Shown here piece by piece: positions 1 to 12,920 of a stretch of DNA of 64,000 bases. The notes under the pieces are model-generated. The model searched no databases and had not been told where the DNA came from. It saw nothing but the letters and a program-made list of their open reading frames with translations. The translations under genes and the position numbers were made by a program. Position 1 is the first letter of the stretch; every line of letters begins with the position of its first letter. Location: contig OX597820.1 in NCBI GenBank assembly GCA_951406725.2, positions 125,364,001 through 125,428,000 of the forward strand, written 5' to 3'. Source of the DNA: Octopus vulgaris (Eukaryota).

Positions 1-352
1 GTTGACAATATGATACGCTGCAAAGACAAAATGTTGTATGTGGGTAAAGTATGGCAAAAGTTCTATGTATAAATATTCTAACGCAATCCTCTGCTAAGAA
101 ACGAGAAATATATCAAAGAACATGTTCTGCTCTTCAGAGTAGCTACTGATGCATCAAACAACCGTTCACTTATACTTCTCATAAGCATTTACTACTATAA
201 TGAATCACCAGAGAAAATAGGAAATGTGTTCTTGAATAAATTAGCAATGCTATAAGCGGATTTGTATAAAGTACCTGCATAATCGACTGACAATGCAAGT
301 ATGAAATATTAAAAACTCGGTGTCGTTTACTAAAACCTAAAAATAGTTTTTA

Positions 353-517
353 GGCGCAGGAGTGGCTGTTTGGTAAGTAGCTTGCTAAACAACCACATGG
401 TTCCGGGTTCAGTCCCACTGCGTGGCATCTTGGGCAAGTGTCTTCTGCTATAGCCCCGGGCCGACCAATGTCTTGTGAGTGGATTTGGTAGACGGAAACT
501 GAAAGAAGTCTGTCGTA

Positions 518-563
<46 letters not shown>

Positions 564-793
564 TGTGTGTTTGTGTGTCTGTGTTTGTCTCCCTAGCATT
601 GCTTGACAACCGATGCTGGTGTGTTTACATCCTCGTCACTTAGCGGTTCGGCAAAAGAGACTGATGGAATACGTACTGGGCTTACAAAGATTAAGTCCTG
701 GGGTCGATTTGCTCGACTAAAGGCGGTGCTCCAGCATGGCCGCAGTCAAATGACTGAAACAGGTAAAAGAGTAAAAGAGTAAAGAGTAAAGAG
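353..793 (+). mobile_element. tRNA-derived SINE family 1, full-length copy
   Basis: A-box-like TGGCTGTTTGG, B-box-like GGTTCAGTCCC, CORE-like cttgggcaagt, internal (TA)n/(TG)n and (GTAAAAGA)n tail; more than 10 related copies in the window. Confidence 0.85.
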
Positions 794-2857
794 AGATAGT
801 TCAAAATCGCATTATTTTACGAATTTCGCGTCAATGCGCATCAAAATGTAAAAGAACTGAAGTTTGATGCTTAAAAGTTTGCACACAAAGTGCATAACTA
901 TTTCATCATCTCGGCTGTCTTGGTTAAATAGCTAGTACAGTTGTAGAGATTTTATTAATTGAGATCAGTAATTGTAATACATTGTGCCGTGTCGCAATTA
1001 GACGACTTTCCTTTTGCTATTTATTGGCAGACTCTATAAATGTGTGAAAGGTACAGAAAGCTTTTTATAGAGTTAGTTAAGAAGGACTGCCTAAATGTAG
1101 TGTGGCACTTCATTAGAAATGAGGAACTGTTTGTAAATCGGTAGAGGTCTACGTTGTCTTCCTCGGTTATGCTCTGAAAATTTTCTCTGATACTACAGAG
1201 GCAATCCAATGGAAGCCATGCAGTATTAGTTCTAACGCTGAATGTCGTTAGCAAATGGAGCGAAGAGAAAAAAACATATTTTAGAACTGCAGTTAATACC
1301 GACCTTAACTCTGTATCGCTGCATTGTTTTTTTTTATTTAAGAAAAGTAAGACCTCAAAATTTTATTTGTTTCAATAAAACACACTAAGGTACTAATAAT
1401 CTATGAAGCGAAATAAAAGGAAGAAAGACCTGGAAACTAGATTAAGAAAGTGAAATGTAAGAGAAGTAACAACAGGAAATTAAACCTTTAGTCAATGAAA
1501 TGCATATTTCTGTGGTAAACGTACTCCGGTTTATAAAATTCCTGGTACAACTTAAAACTACTTATTTTTGAAATAGGCAATCCGTTTTACAGAACTATTC
1601 AGTAAGTAATACAGTTAATTCTGCGGATTGCAACAGAACAATATTTGTTGATATATATATTTTTTATATTACAAATGTGATTTAATACATATTACGTATG
1701 ATTATTAGAAGTTACCGACTAAAACTTCTTATTTTGCTCTTTGTTTATGTATGAATAATCTTTAGCTAAGATATTTCGCTGAAATATAGCTTTCATATTC
1801 TGTAGGAAAATAATATAAAAAAAAGTTGACATCCATTGTCTTACAGAAATATCCTTAATGGACATATTCAGGAATGTTTCAGGTTTTATATAATAATATA
1901 ACTCGATCTGCCAGAAAAATGACCATATCAGCAAGTAAATCATATTATAGTTAAGAAAATAGAAGTTCGACCAAGATCATTTTCATGGAGAAATTATCGT
2001 TAATAATTTACAATGCATATTCGGTGTTTGTAGAATATGTAAATATTTTAAAAGTAAGCGTTTATATTTAGCCAATGTTTAAAAAAAAACATTCACTAAG
2101 ACTTCGCTTTAAGTACAATAATTTATTTTATTGAAAAGCACCTAATAAACAACATTTTGTGAAAATTAAAAATGGATGTAAAATTAATAGGTTTCTTATT
2201 CTTTCAAACATTCTTTGTATTTAACTAAGATATATTTTATATTGATTCGAGTAATTTAAATGTACAAACTCATTCAAATTAATCTTTACAGTCGTGCCAT
2301 GGGCAAAGCAATAACTATCGACCTCAGATGACTTAATAATGAAAAGGAAGAAAGTAGGAAAGCCGTATTTGATAAATTAGACGAGCGTTATATCATTCGC
2401 AACATAAGCTTTAGTAAAATCAATTTATAACCAGATTACTATAATTATTAGAACATCAAGAACTGATGTCACATTTGATCTGTTATTTCTGTTGACTTCT
2501 GTCGTACACAATCTTAGACGTGCCACATAAACTCTTTATCATTGGATTCGGAGGGAATTAAACCATTCCTTTATATTTGCAATAGCTAGTGGTATCTTGG
2601 GCTGCTACTTGGCTTACACCCACATCCAGCCTTAAAGCCCAAGCAGCATTTACGACATTGTTCGGGAGTTACAGCCACGGACTTTTGCGTAAGTAAATCT
2701 GCAATACACGATGACTCTAATACCTTTATGTCAACGTAATCTAAACTTATTGTAACGATTAAAGCTAAAGTGATCTTGGCAACATTAGTGCTACGAACAT
2801 AACTGGTAATTAATTAAGTGTTCATTGCAAAAAGAACAGGCGCATTCAGAGACCGCA

Positions 2858-3198
2858 TATCTCCGCCAAGGCAATACCAACGTCCTCTCAACGATTAGCC
2901 GGAGATGATTTTTTTAAATATCTGAAATAATTCGACTGCTCTTATAAACGAGAATACTAAAATTGAACCCGACCACTCTCAAACATAAGTAAAAATAAAG
3001 CAGGAAAAATAATCAAGACTCCCTGTCCGGTATCGGAAACGATCCCAAAATCTAATGAATTCGCGCCAGGTACGAGGCCAAACATTTCTGAAAGTTTCAT
3101 TCGAATCCATTAAGCGGTTCTTGACATATCCTGTCCACAGACAAACCAACAAACACAGCTGTAAACAATACTCCTTCCTTCGCTACGGTGGAGGTAAA
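2858..3198. mobile_element. Non-autonomous Helentron/DINE-like element (putative)
   Basis: Inverted ends atctccgccaagg ... ggtggaggtaa and an internal aagtttcattcgaatcc...acagacaaaccaacaaac segment typical of DINE/HINE elements. Confidence 0.45.
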
Positions 3199-4126
3199 AT
3201 GTCATGTTCGAACTTTAACACAAATATAATCAAAATGTTCGAAATTTAACACAAATATAATCAAACATTGATTGTTTTTGACAGGTGGGCACACTCCTTA
3301 AATACTCTTCGTTCATTTTAATTAAGAACAGGTCTTAGATCAAGTGTTGTTAAACAATCATACGATCTATGAAACACCTCCACTAAAAAAACAAATAGGG
3401 AGGCAAAATAGATTTTATTTCATCACATATATTAACGGCCTAATACAGTGGTTACAAACAATTTTGTCGCTATGAAACACCGTGTTTTGTATTTCAGTGA
3501 ACGAGTTGAGAAAATCCTTTGAATTCATTTTCTGCATTTCATTACGAATGTGTCCTATGTACACTTACAAACAATTTGGATGCTGATTCTGTTTCTGAGG
3601 AACTTCAGAACTTCATCCAGTTTCTCTTTTTAAGGGCGTATAGATTGATCAATCGGTGCATTCAAGCCATGTTTGAAACTGTGAGCAGTCTATTATAATA
3701 ATGAAAATAAGATTGCATTAAGCTCAGGACTTACAATCTCAAGGAATGCTTGGAATTTCTCGTGAATTGAAATTCGGTGCAGCATTTACGGTTGATGCAA
3801 AACGTTCTATAATCATATTTAACTTAAACTATCAGAAACAATTTAAGAATGACAATAAGACCGCGTATTTACACACAACACGTATTCTTCTCTTATACCT
3901 GGTCTGCACACCCTCTTCAAGATAAAATAGCCTTTTTTGTTCCCTTGATTTCGAGACACTTTGCCTATTCAATTTCAAGCAAGATATGCAGAGACGCATG
4001 CATTCACATATATAAAGATGATTTACATGTATTTACTTATTTAATTCTCTGTACCACTCTTTCTCTCTCAGGCACTCTGTAACTTTCTATGTTCTATGTA
4101 TAATATATATTTCTCTATACTTTCAG

Positions 4127-4234
4127 GCACGAGCTTGGGTATTAAGTATTGGTTTTACATTAGCCTTTGGCGCGATGTTTAGTAAAACATGGCGAGTGCA
4201 TGCCATATTCACCAACATTAAATTAAATAAAAAG
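4127..4234 (+). CDS. GABBR2: GABA-B receptor subunit 2-like, internal exon A (TM3-ICL2): [36 protein letters not shown]
   Basis: Acceptor ctatactttcag| and donor |gtaagc; 108 nt, phase 0. [15 protein letters not shown] is the GABA-B TM3/ICL2 signature. Confidence 0.95.
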
Positions 4235-4404
4235 GTAAGCCATACTCATATTGTCAATATAAAAGTCTGTATTTACGCTAGGTACAGGTTTTATATTTAT
4301 CTGCCAAATATGCGCTTGTGTACATTTGTGACTGTAGGTACAATATACTTATGTATATGTGTAGCTGTGGCTATGTCTCTGTGTGTATATCTGTGTGAGT
4401 GTAT

Positions 4405-4437
<33 letters not shown>

Positions 4438-4449
4438 AATGTATGTATA

Positions 4450-4495
<46 letters not shown>

Positions 4496-4666
4496 AGTAA
4501 TATAAATAATATATATATATATACACACACAAACACACACACACACATATATATATATATGCAGATATTCTAGATACATGTGCTTCGTATTTTCTGTTGT
4601 ACACGTTTCATTATGGATATATATACGTGTTGATGTAAGTATGAAGATATGCGTATGTATATATGC

Positions 4667-4700
<34 letters not shown>

Positions 4701-4704
<4 letters not shown>

Positions 4705-5061
4705 TAATAAAAAGAATTCCAACCTTGTCTGATTTTCACGTTTTATTTACAATCTTATAATGATATATTATAAGATCATATATTATAATTGAATAAAATA
4801 AAATGAAATAGTAGAATGTTAAATGTTCATTCTGATTGAACTAGTACTTTCATGCATTGAATTCTGCAATCTTCGGGTTCATGTAGTAGTGGTGACAGTC
4901 ATGCTTCACAATTTTTGACTGTAGCAAGACGATTGATTCTGTGCTATAAATACAGCTGGGTAGGCTCCAGAGTGCTAGGTTTTGCAAACTGTATTCTGAC
5001 CAATCAGACAAGGTTGGAATTCTTTTTATTAATATATTCTTCTATACACAATCACTCACAC

Positions 5062-5063
<2 letters not shown>
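4701..5063 (-). mobile_element. Solo Penelope pseudo-LTR with inverted terminal segment, inserted in (TA)n
   Basis: 4701-5007 is near-identical to 39969-40275, the 3' end of the PLE. 5002-5063 is the reverse complement of the PLE terminus 39941-40002. Confidence 0.88.
4838..4880 (-). ncRNA. Minimal type I hammerhead ribozyme-like motif (U4C core variant)
   Basis: Minus strand GAAC-CCGAAGA-TTGCA-gaattcaa-TGCAT-GAAA-GTAC-TA-GTTC: stem I GAAC/GTTC, stem II TGCA/TGCA, palindromic AGTACT stem III. Confidence 0.7.
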
Positions 5064-5105
<42 letters not shown>

Positions 5106-5240
5106 TATATAATTTATATCACTATATGATTGAACACCACGCATCCTCTGCCAGATAAGTTTTATCTATCTATCTATCTAATCTCTCTCTCGCTCTCTCT
5201 CTCTATACATATACATACATATATATAAATATATATATAC

Positions 5241-5271
<31 letters not shown>

Positions 5272-5342
5272 GTACATATATGTATATATATACATATATA
5301 TATATATGTGTGTATATATATATGTATTTAGGAATGTATATG

Positions 5343-5416
<74 letters not shown>

Positions 5417-6449
5417 TATATACCCGTTATTCGTGTGTGTATAAAAGATTTCAACAGCCGCATTTGTCAACTGTTCGCGCTGAAACTTTACACCTAGGTA
5501 AAAGGCTTCACAGATGATATATCAGTCAAATTCCGTAGCATAATCCTTAGTTTCATTGTGAGATTTGGCCTTTTAAAATCAGTGGAAAATCCAATTTCAA
5601 TAGTATTTATTGGCTATCATTCCGCAAATCACGTATGAACCGCCACTATCTGCGTCCAGTCCGCATTAGAGAATTAATTGCATTAATCTTTCTAAGCAAT
5701 TTCATGAACGAACATGTGTGATTTCAGTAAAAATCGATAATATTCTAGAATGAACTTTACTCGAACACGTGCATCCAAGCATGTCATTCTGTGTTTAATA
5801 AAGAAGCTGACAGAAAAGAGTAAAAAGACGAGGCTATTATTTTGAATCAGTAAAAATGTAATGAAATACAAACTTTAACAAATAAATGGCACTAATTGGT
5901 GATCAATCAATTATGTGAACATTTTCATACAACAATTTTCATTTGACAGTAGAAAACGACAAATTGATTGGTAATTGTACGTGAAAATTTAGGTGACTAA
6001 TATCTAAAACTTTAGCTAACAATTTCTTATATAAAACAAAATATGAGCGGTATTTTTCGACTTTTGTGTGATTCACTTGATGTGACACGTACAGTCCCAT
6101 TGTTTATCGTTTAATTCCATTTCATGAAGAAGGAATATTAGTATCAACATTTATGAGTTATTTTTTATCAGTAAGCATAAGTGAACGATATTTTGGCAAA
6201 TTCGTCTTATAATTTTTACCAGTTTTACAGATCAAATTCATCGATTGCACTCTAAAAAAGCACTATTCGGTTTGTTCTTCTACAAGAATTGCTACTTTAT
6301 CGGACAACATCGCATATTGTCGAACCATATATCGCACTTGAAGTTTTCCGCTTATGTGGACTTAATGAAATAACTTTATTTATAAAGAATTTTCATTACT
6401 TCCAAATTGATATAAGGTAATTTTAATACTAACATCCTTTTTTTTAAAA

Positions 6450-7165
6450 AGGTGGCCCGTATTTGGCTATTTTTCATTTCTAGAGAAATCCTAGAAACCG
6501 TTTCAATTTGCATATTGTTTTATATAAATTTCGCACTTACGTGTGATATTTCTTCAGCTACTTGTCAGTGCACTGGTGTTTGCAACGAACGTTCATATTT
6601 CATCACAATTGCACCTTTGGTCGATACAATATCGACTTTCTCGAAATACGTTCTATCCGCATGTGCTTATAGATGCAAATGCTCTTTCACAACTGTCCGC
6701 ATCTACGTGCCATTTGGAGCTCACAATACCATTGCAAAGGATTGTGAGTCTTAGCGTTGAGGGAATTTCTGTGCTGAAATACCAGTACGTACAAACAGCA
6801 ACGAGGTAAATTTTACTGATTTTTTTTTTCTAGATTCATTCACTTACAGATTTTCGAAAAAGTCACAGTGGCAGAATAACAAAAAATGCATCCGTTTTTG
6901 CGTTCCTTAAGAGCAAAGCTTTTTCTACTTCAATCGCCGGAGCGTCACAGTCACCTCCGGCGTGCTCGCAATGCCGCTTCTACTTCGACCGCCAGAGCAT
7001 CACAGAATGTTCAACAAGCAGCAATCAAGCGTGCTCACAATGCTGCTTCTGCTGTCGTCAGAGCATCAAAGAGAGAAGCATAAACAGAAGCAGAATTACA
7101 CTATTTTAGACTCCAGTCCTATCACGAACATACAACGTGCAATGAACGGTGGGGGGCTTTGATAG
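6450..7165. mobile_element. Degenerate transposon remnant, possibly Helitron-derived
   Basis: GC-richer island between microsatellites with a repeated RA(R/H)NAAS...RAS peptide motif (ORF 6886-7083); family assignment uncertain. Confidence 0.3.
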
Positions 7166-7221
<56 letters not shown>

Positions 7222-7237
7222 TTATGTATACACATAG

Positions 7238-7327
<90 letters not shown>

Positions 7328-7639
7328 GTATATATGTATATATATATATATATATAAATGTATATATGTTTATATATATATATATATATTCACACACATA
7401 TTCACACATAGGCATATATATATATGGTTTCATTTCAACATGTAATAGCCAATTCCCTTGAGTAGAGTCGTTCAATTTCCTAAATATTAACTTAATTACC
7501 AATATTAATTCGATGGTTTTTTATTCGATAGATATATTAACAGCGAACATAAAGGTGAATTTCATATTAAGGTGAATATGGAAAGAGGTGGGGATTCGTA
7601 ATAATAGCCGCATAATCGGAATAGCTTTGCAGGCGGTGT

Positions 7640-7905
7640 CGATGATGACGACGTTCACAATGATGTTGATGATAATCATAATGAAGATGATAAAGATGAT
7701 AATAATAATCATGATTATAATAATCATGAGGATGATGATGATGAAAATGGTGACAATGATAACGGTAATAATAATAATTATAATAATAATAATAATATCA
7801 ATAATAATAATGATGGTGATGATGATGAGGACGACGAGGATGATGATGATGATGATGATGTTGATGACCATGAGGATGAAGATAATGACGATAACAATAA
7901 TAAAC
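7640..7905. repeat. Compound (ATG)n/(ATA)n microsatellite
   Basis: Seen directly; explains the poly-I/M ORFs. Confidence 0.95.
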
Positions 7906-8244
7906 TAATTATAGAGGAATTGTATAAAGTAATATGAGATTCTTGTTTAAATAAGATATTTTATCGTTGTATTTGATAAGTAGGTTGCAAAATAATTTAG
8001 TCGTATTTATTCGTGTTTAGAAATATGTGTACATGGGGGACTTGATGATATTTAAAGAAGTCCACCGATCAATCTATTAGTATATAATATAGATGATGGA
8101 ACATGTATGCACATATGTACCAATACATACATACGTACATACAATCATACATATATACATATATACATTCAGGCACTCACACATACTTATATGTATGCAT
8201 GTGCGTATTCATAATTATATATATATATATATAAACACATACTT

Positions 8245-8291
<47 letters not shown>

Positions 8292-8293
8292 AA

Positions 8294-8533
8294 TCAGTGG
8301 TACTCCGTCGGTTACGATGATGAGTGTGCCAGTTGATCTGATTGACGGAACAGCCTGCCCTTGAAAATAAACCTGCAAGTGGTCGAGTACTCCTCGGACT
8401 TGATACGTAACCTTAACGTAGTTGCCAGTGAGATTCAGCGTAACATGAAATGTGTCAAGGCTGCCCATTGGAAATACTGATGCAACTCATTTTTACCAGC
8501 TGAGTGAAATAAAATGTCTTGCTGAGTGACAAA
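8294..8533 (-). mobile_element. Degenerate SINE sharing its 3' domain with the 23032-23362 SINE
   Basis: tactccgtcggttacgatgatgag...ggaacagcctgc is the reverse complement of 23295-23352; B-box-like ggaatcgaac lies at the other end. Confidence 0.65.
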
Positions 8534-8894
8534 ACACGCCGTGAGGAATCGAACTGATGACAATATGATCGTTTATTAGGATACGCTAACCACTTCAGGG
8601 ACTGAGTTTCATTTCCGGACTGGACTGGACTGTGTTGTGTTCTTGAGCAAGACGCTTCATTTCATCTTGGATCATTCAGCTGCAGAAATGTGTTGTGACT
8701 AGAGACAAACTGTATCAGTTGTGTAGCGAAGGGAGTCTGATATACATGGGCAACTGCTGGTCTTCCCCCGAAACAATCTTGCCCGAAATGCTTAACCGAA
8801 AGACGTCAACATATATGCACGGGGGTGAGTGTGTGTGTATATATGTGTGTGTGCGTGTGTAATATATATACATATATACACACACATACATATA

Positions 8895-8929
<35 letters not shown>

Positions 8930-9080
8930 ATATGTATGTGTGCACATACATCTGATCAATATTAGTGAACACAAATTGATTGTGGCCGAGTTTGCATTGT
9001 TTTACAGACGACAGTTATATTGGTGTGTGTGCGCGTGTGTATTTGTGTGTTTGTGTGTGCGTGTGTAAGTGTGTGTGTAT

Positions 9081-9113
<33 letters not shown>

Positions 9114-10344
9114 AGTGTGTGTGTGTGCGTGCGTGCATACGTACGTTAGTATATTTGCAAATGCGTGTCAAATTCACACATATCGGGTTTGTGCTGTTCG
9201 GAATATCACAATAAGTAAGGCATTAACCGTAAAATGTCTACCTATTTGACACTCGGCGATAAAATGATATTAGAAGTTTATTAAACATTCATCAAACATT
9301 CTAAATCCCTCGCTAATATGCACATGTGTTCACACGCATATATTTGTTTTTGTGTGTGTATCTATGCATATGTGTATATAGGCGTTCGTCTATTTAGGCA
9401 TACAATAACATGTATGTGTACATAATTTTCTAAAACGTGTGGCGCGTAACATAGAATGTAATGAATGATGGTGTATATTAGCAAACAGTGAAAATTGTAG
9501 GAAATGTCATGAAATACTACACAATTAAAAACAAAAGGCAAGAAGCGGTAAATAGGTGTCAAGGTTTTGCCTTGTAAACATTTTCATTAGGTTTGTCAAT
9601 AGGAAACAGTCACATATAATGTTTTATGTATACAGTGTCATTTATATTCTGTGAAAGAACTCATGATATATTCTAAGTTATTAGATGGAAAATAAAATAA
9701 AATTTTCGCTTTGAGAACGAAAATATCATGAGGTTTTTTTTTTATGCTGGAAACAAAACGACAATGTACATTATATGTATACTTGTGTGCGTGAGCCTAT
9801 ATCTGTTCACATGTAGGAAAATATTTGTATGTATATATGCATTCAACTCTAGTTGTTTATAATGTACATTTGCAGCTATTATATGTATTTATATAGCAGT
9901 AAATATATCTTTGGCATTATGATGTAGTTTCACATCGATTCCTGTGTATGTTTTAAATGAAATTTATTTGTTATTGGATTCTGCCTTTTCCCTACGACAG
10001 TATCGGTGGCGTGGAGAGGGGAGGCTGGTATGCATGGGCGACATCTAGTTTTCCACAAAACAACCTTGTCCGAACTTGCGCCATGGTCATTTTAGACCGA
10101 ATGAAATTAATGTGTCTGTGTGTGTGTGTGATCAGGTGATCAATAATTTTAGTAAATACATACAAGATATGATGATGATGGAACATACGTATTAGATCCA
10201 TGAACGATGTCTGACTGGTTAAGATGCATCTTTTGCAACCATGCATTTCTATACCCAGTGCCACAGTGATGTGTAGAGCATTTTGCTAGTGTGTTCTCCT
10301 AAATCTTGTGTTTGACCACTGCCTTGTATATGTATATGTATATG

Positions 10345-10443
<99 letters not shown>

Positions 10444-11078
10444 ATGTATGTATGAAAGTATGTATGTATGTACGTACATACGAATGTATGTGTGTGTGTT
10501 TATATATATATGTATGTACTAGGGGTGACGTTGAAATTTCATATTCTGATTCCACATGTTTGGTGGTCATTTTTGTGTGAGAAATAAGTTAAATTTTTTA
10601 AAGAATGCGACCACGCATACCACTCGCATAGCCACCCTCTAAATCTGCGTTTTGAACAGTGAATATGTAAGGAATTGTAAACTTATTTTAATGCTATTAA
10701 CTTTTATTGGTTTAATATTACCTACACAACAATGTTCATATTAAATGCAATCCCCACCACCACATGAACAAATATTATTGGAATCGTTATTAATTTATAT
10801 AGTTTGTATTAATTTTTTATTAGAAAACCCTGTATTCAGAAAAACACTTTTAACGTTATATATATATATGAATTGTTAATGACTATTATGATAAGCAATA
10901 AAAAAAATATGCACGAACCTGAAACGCAATACATGAACATTGAAACCAGAAAATAAGCATTAATACTATTTACTACCTAATTAAATGGCCGCTGACATTT
11001 CCAATTAAAATGAGGTAAATATTGTCTTGATTTCGAAACATTTGATATGAATTTGTGCCTACGTTCGTAGCCTTTGTG

Positions 11079-11116
<38 letters not shown>

Positions 11117-11778
11117 TGTGTGTGTCCCAACGTCGTTTGACAACCGATAAATAAGTCCTGGGGTCAATTTGTTCGACTAAAGGCGGTGCTCCAGCATGGC
11201 TGCAGTCAAACCACTGAAACAACTAAAAGAGTAAAAGAGTAAAAGAGTCTATTCTGACAGACAGACCTTTTTTCTGCACATTTAATATGAATTTCTGCCT
11301 ATTTTCATAGCCTATTCCGACTTCAGAAACTTTTGTCATTAAATTGATAGCATGTCCGTCTCAATGGCTATGACAAGGAAGTGGTATTGGCTATGACAGT
11401 CAGACGTTTCTATTTGTTTGTCATAACCCGTGCAGATGCACGTATCAAATATTTCACTGGACTTCTCTAATTTCTTATCAAATCTATATCTGCTTTGCTT
11501 GAGAGGTATTTTTTTTAAATGTATAAGAAGATTCAATCAATCTTTCAATCTTTAGAGCTATTCCCTCCAACCCAATATGAGGAAAATAAAATTTGTCCCA
11601 TATTGTTTACATATCTGCATCAACAATCCGGTAGGATACTTTCTCTCTGGGCGAAGTGTTTGATATATCTTATTCACTTGTTCTTATGTATAAATAATAT
11701 CGAAATAAATCCACCTTTGATGGGGTCACTGCTGTAGGGAATTCTACTTCTAGTTCCCATTATACATTTTTATACACA

Positions 11779-11878
11779 GTATGTGGCGTAGTGGTTAAGA
11801 GCGCGGGTTACTAACCCCAAGATTCCGAGTTCGATTCTAGGCAGTGACCTGAATAATAATAATAATAATAATAATAAC

Positions 11879-11967
<89 letters not shown>

Positions 11968-12258
11968 TGACCTTAACCAGTTGAGAATATATCCCTTAGT
12001 GGCTGACAATATGTGCATCTCTGATCACGAGCAGAAGTAGTGGGGGAGCATCATAGTGTTGAGAGGGATTCTTTGGGGTTTGAATAATTCACCTCTGGAA
12101 ACATGGGTGTGTCGTTCAACATCCTTAAACAACCCTTATTTAGGGACCTTTTGAGCAGGATGGGTTACTCAACCTGAAGAAAATTCTAACTGGGCCCCAC
12201 CTGCAAGGTCATATGCGATTTATCTTGATATGAGATCACCATTTCGCGCACATAGGGT
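11779..12258 (+). mobile_element. tRNA-derived SINE family 3 with internal (AAT)n
   Basis: Head TGGCGTAGTGGTTAAGAGCGCGGGTTACTAACCCCAAGATTCCGAGTTCGATTC (A and B boxes), then about 110 nt of (AAT)n and a unique body; no acceptor stem or terminator. Confidence 0.7.
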
Positions 12259-12275
12259 TCTAAATTTCCCCAAGT

Positions 12276-12317
12276 CACCTGATGAAGGCTGGAGGGTATA
12301 TCAGCCGTAACGCTGTG
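12276..12317 (+). ncRNA. Degenerate minimal hammerhead ribozyme (core mutated)
   Basis: CAC-CTGATGA-A-GGCTG-gagggtatat-CAGCC-GTAAC-GCT-GTG; GAAA has become GTAA and the cleavage triplet GTH has become GCT. Confidence 0.6.
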
Positions 12318-12920
12318 TTAACAACAAAGAAGATGAAGACATATATCCATCAAAAGTAAATAATGTACATAATTCCTCAACTCTTAAATATAGAAATATA
12401 AGGTTATACATTTAAATTATTAGAGTTTAAATTTATGTAGATATTTTTGTAAGATTATAATAATATTTAGCTCTGAAATAATCTAAAAAAAAGGAAATCA
12501 TTTAATAAATATATACATTTTCTAAAAAAACAAATTTATTTAACATAAATTGAAAGGTTTTAATTTTACCATGTTGGAGATGTACCTACCTACCACTTGT
12601 GTTACATCTCATTGTTTTTGCTATTTTTACATATCAGATGTTTTAAAAAAGGTCTCCACACTGAAATACGATGAAATGTTTCATATCAATAAGAAATTTA
12701 GTATATATATGTGTAAGAGTTTATATGATTATTATGGCAAGTTAGGGTATTTAATTGTGGGTGTGCATGCAAATGTTACGGGGTGCAGGTGGGGTCACAA
12801 AAACCCGTATTTTTCATATATTTTATTAAAAATATTGTTTGAAACTATGCATATCGTGGAATTCATGTTGCTTAAAAAAGTTGTTTCGACCCCACCACCT
12901 AATGAGCTTATATATATATA

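Noticed and set aside
3204-3265. 31-bp tandem duplication as a possible CRISPR-like repeat
   Set aside because: Two adjacent copies with no spacer in eukaryotic DNA; an ordinary slippage duplication.
11779-11850. tRNA-like sequence (apparent ACT anticodon)
   Set aside because: There is no acceptor stem or pol III terminator, and it runs into a SINE body. The same applies to the head at 23032.
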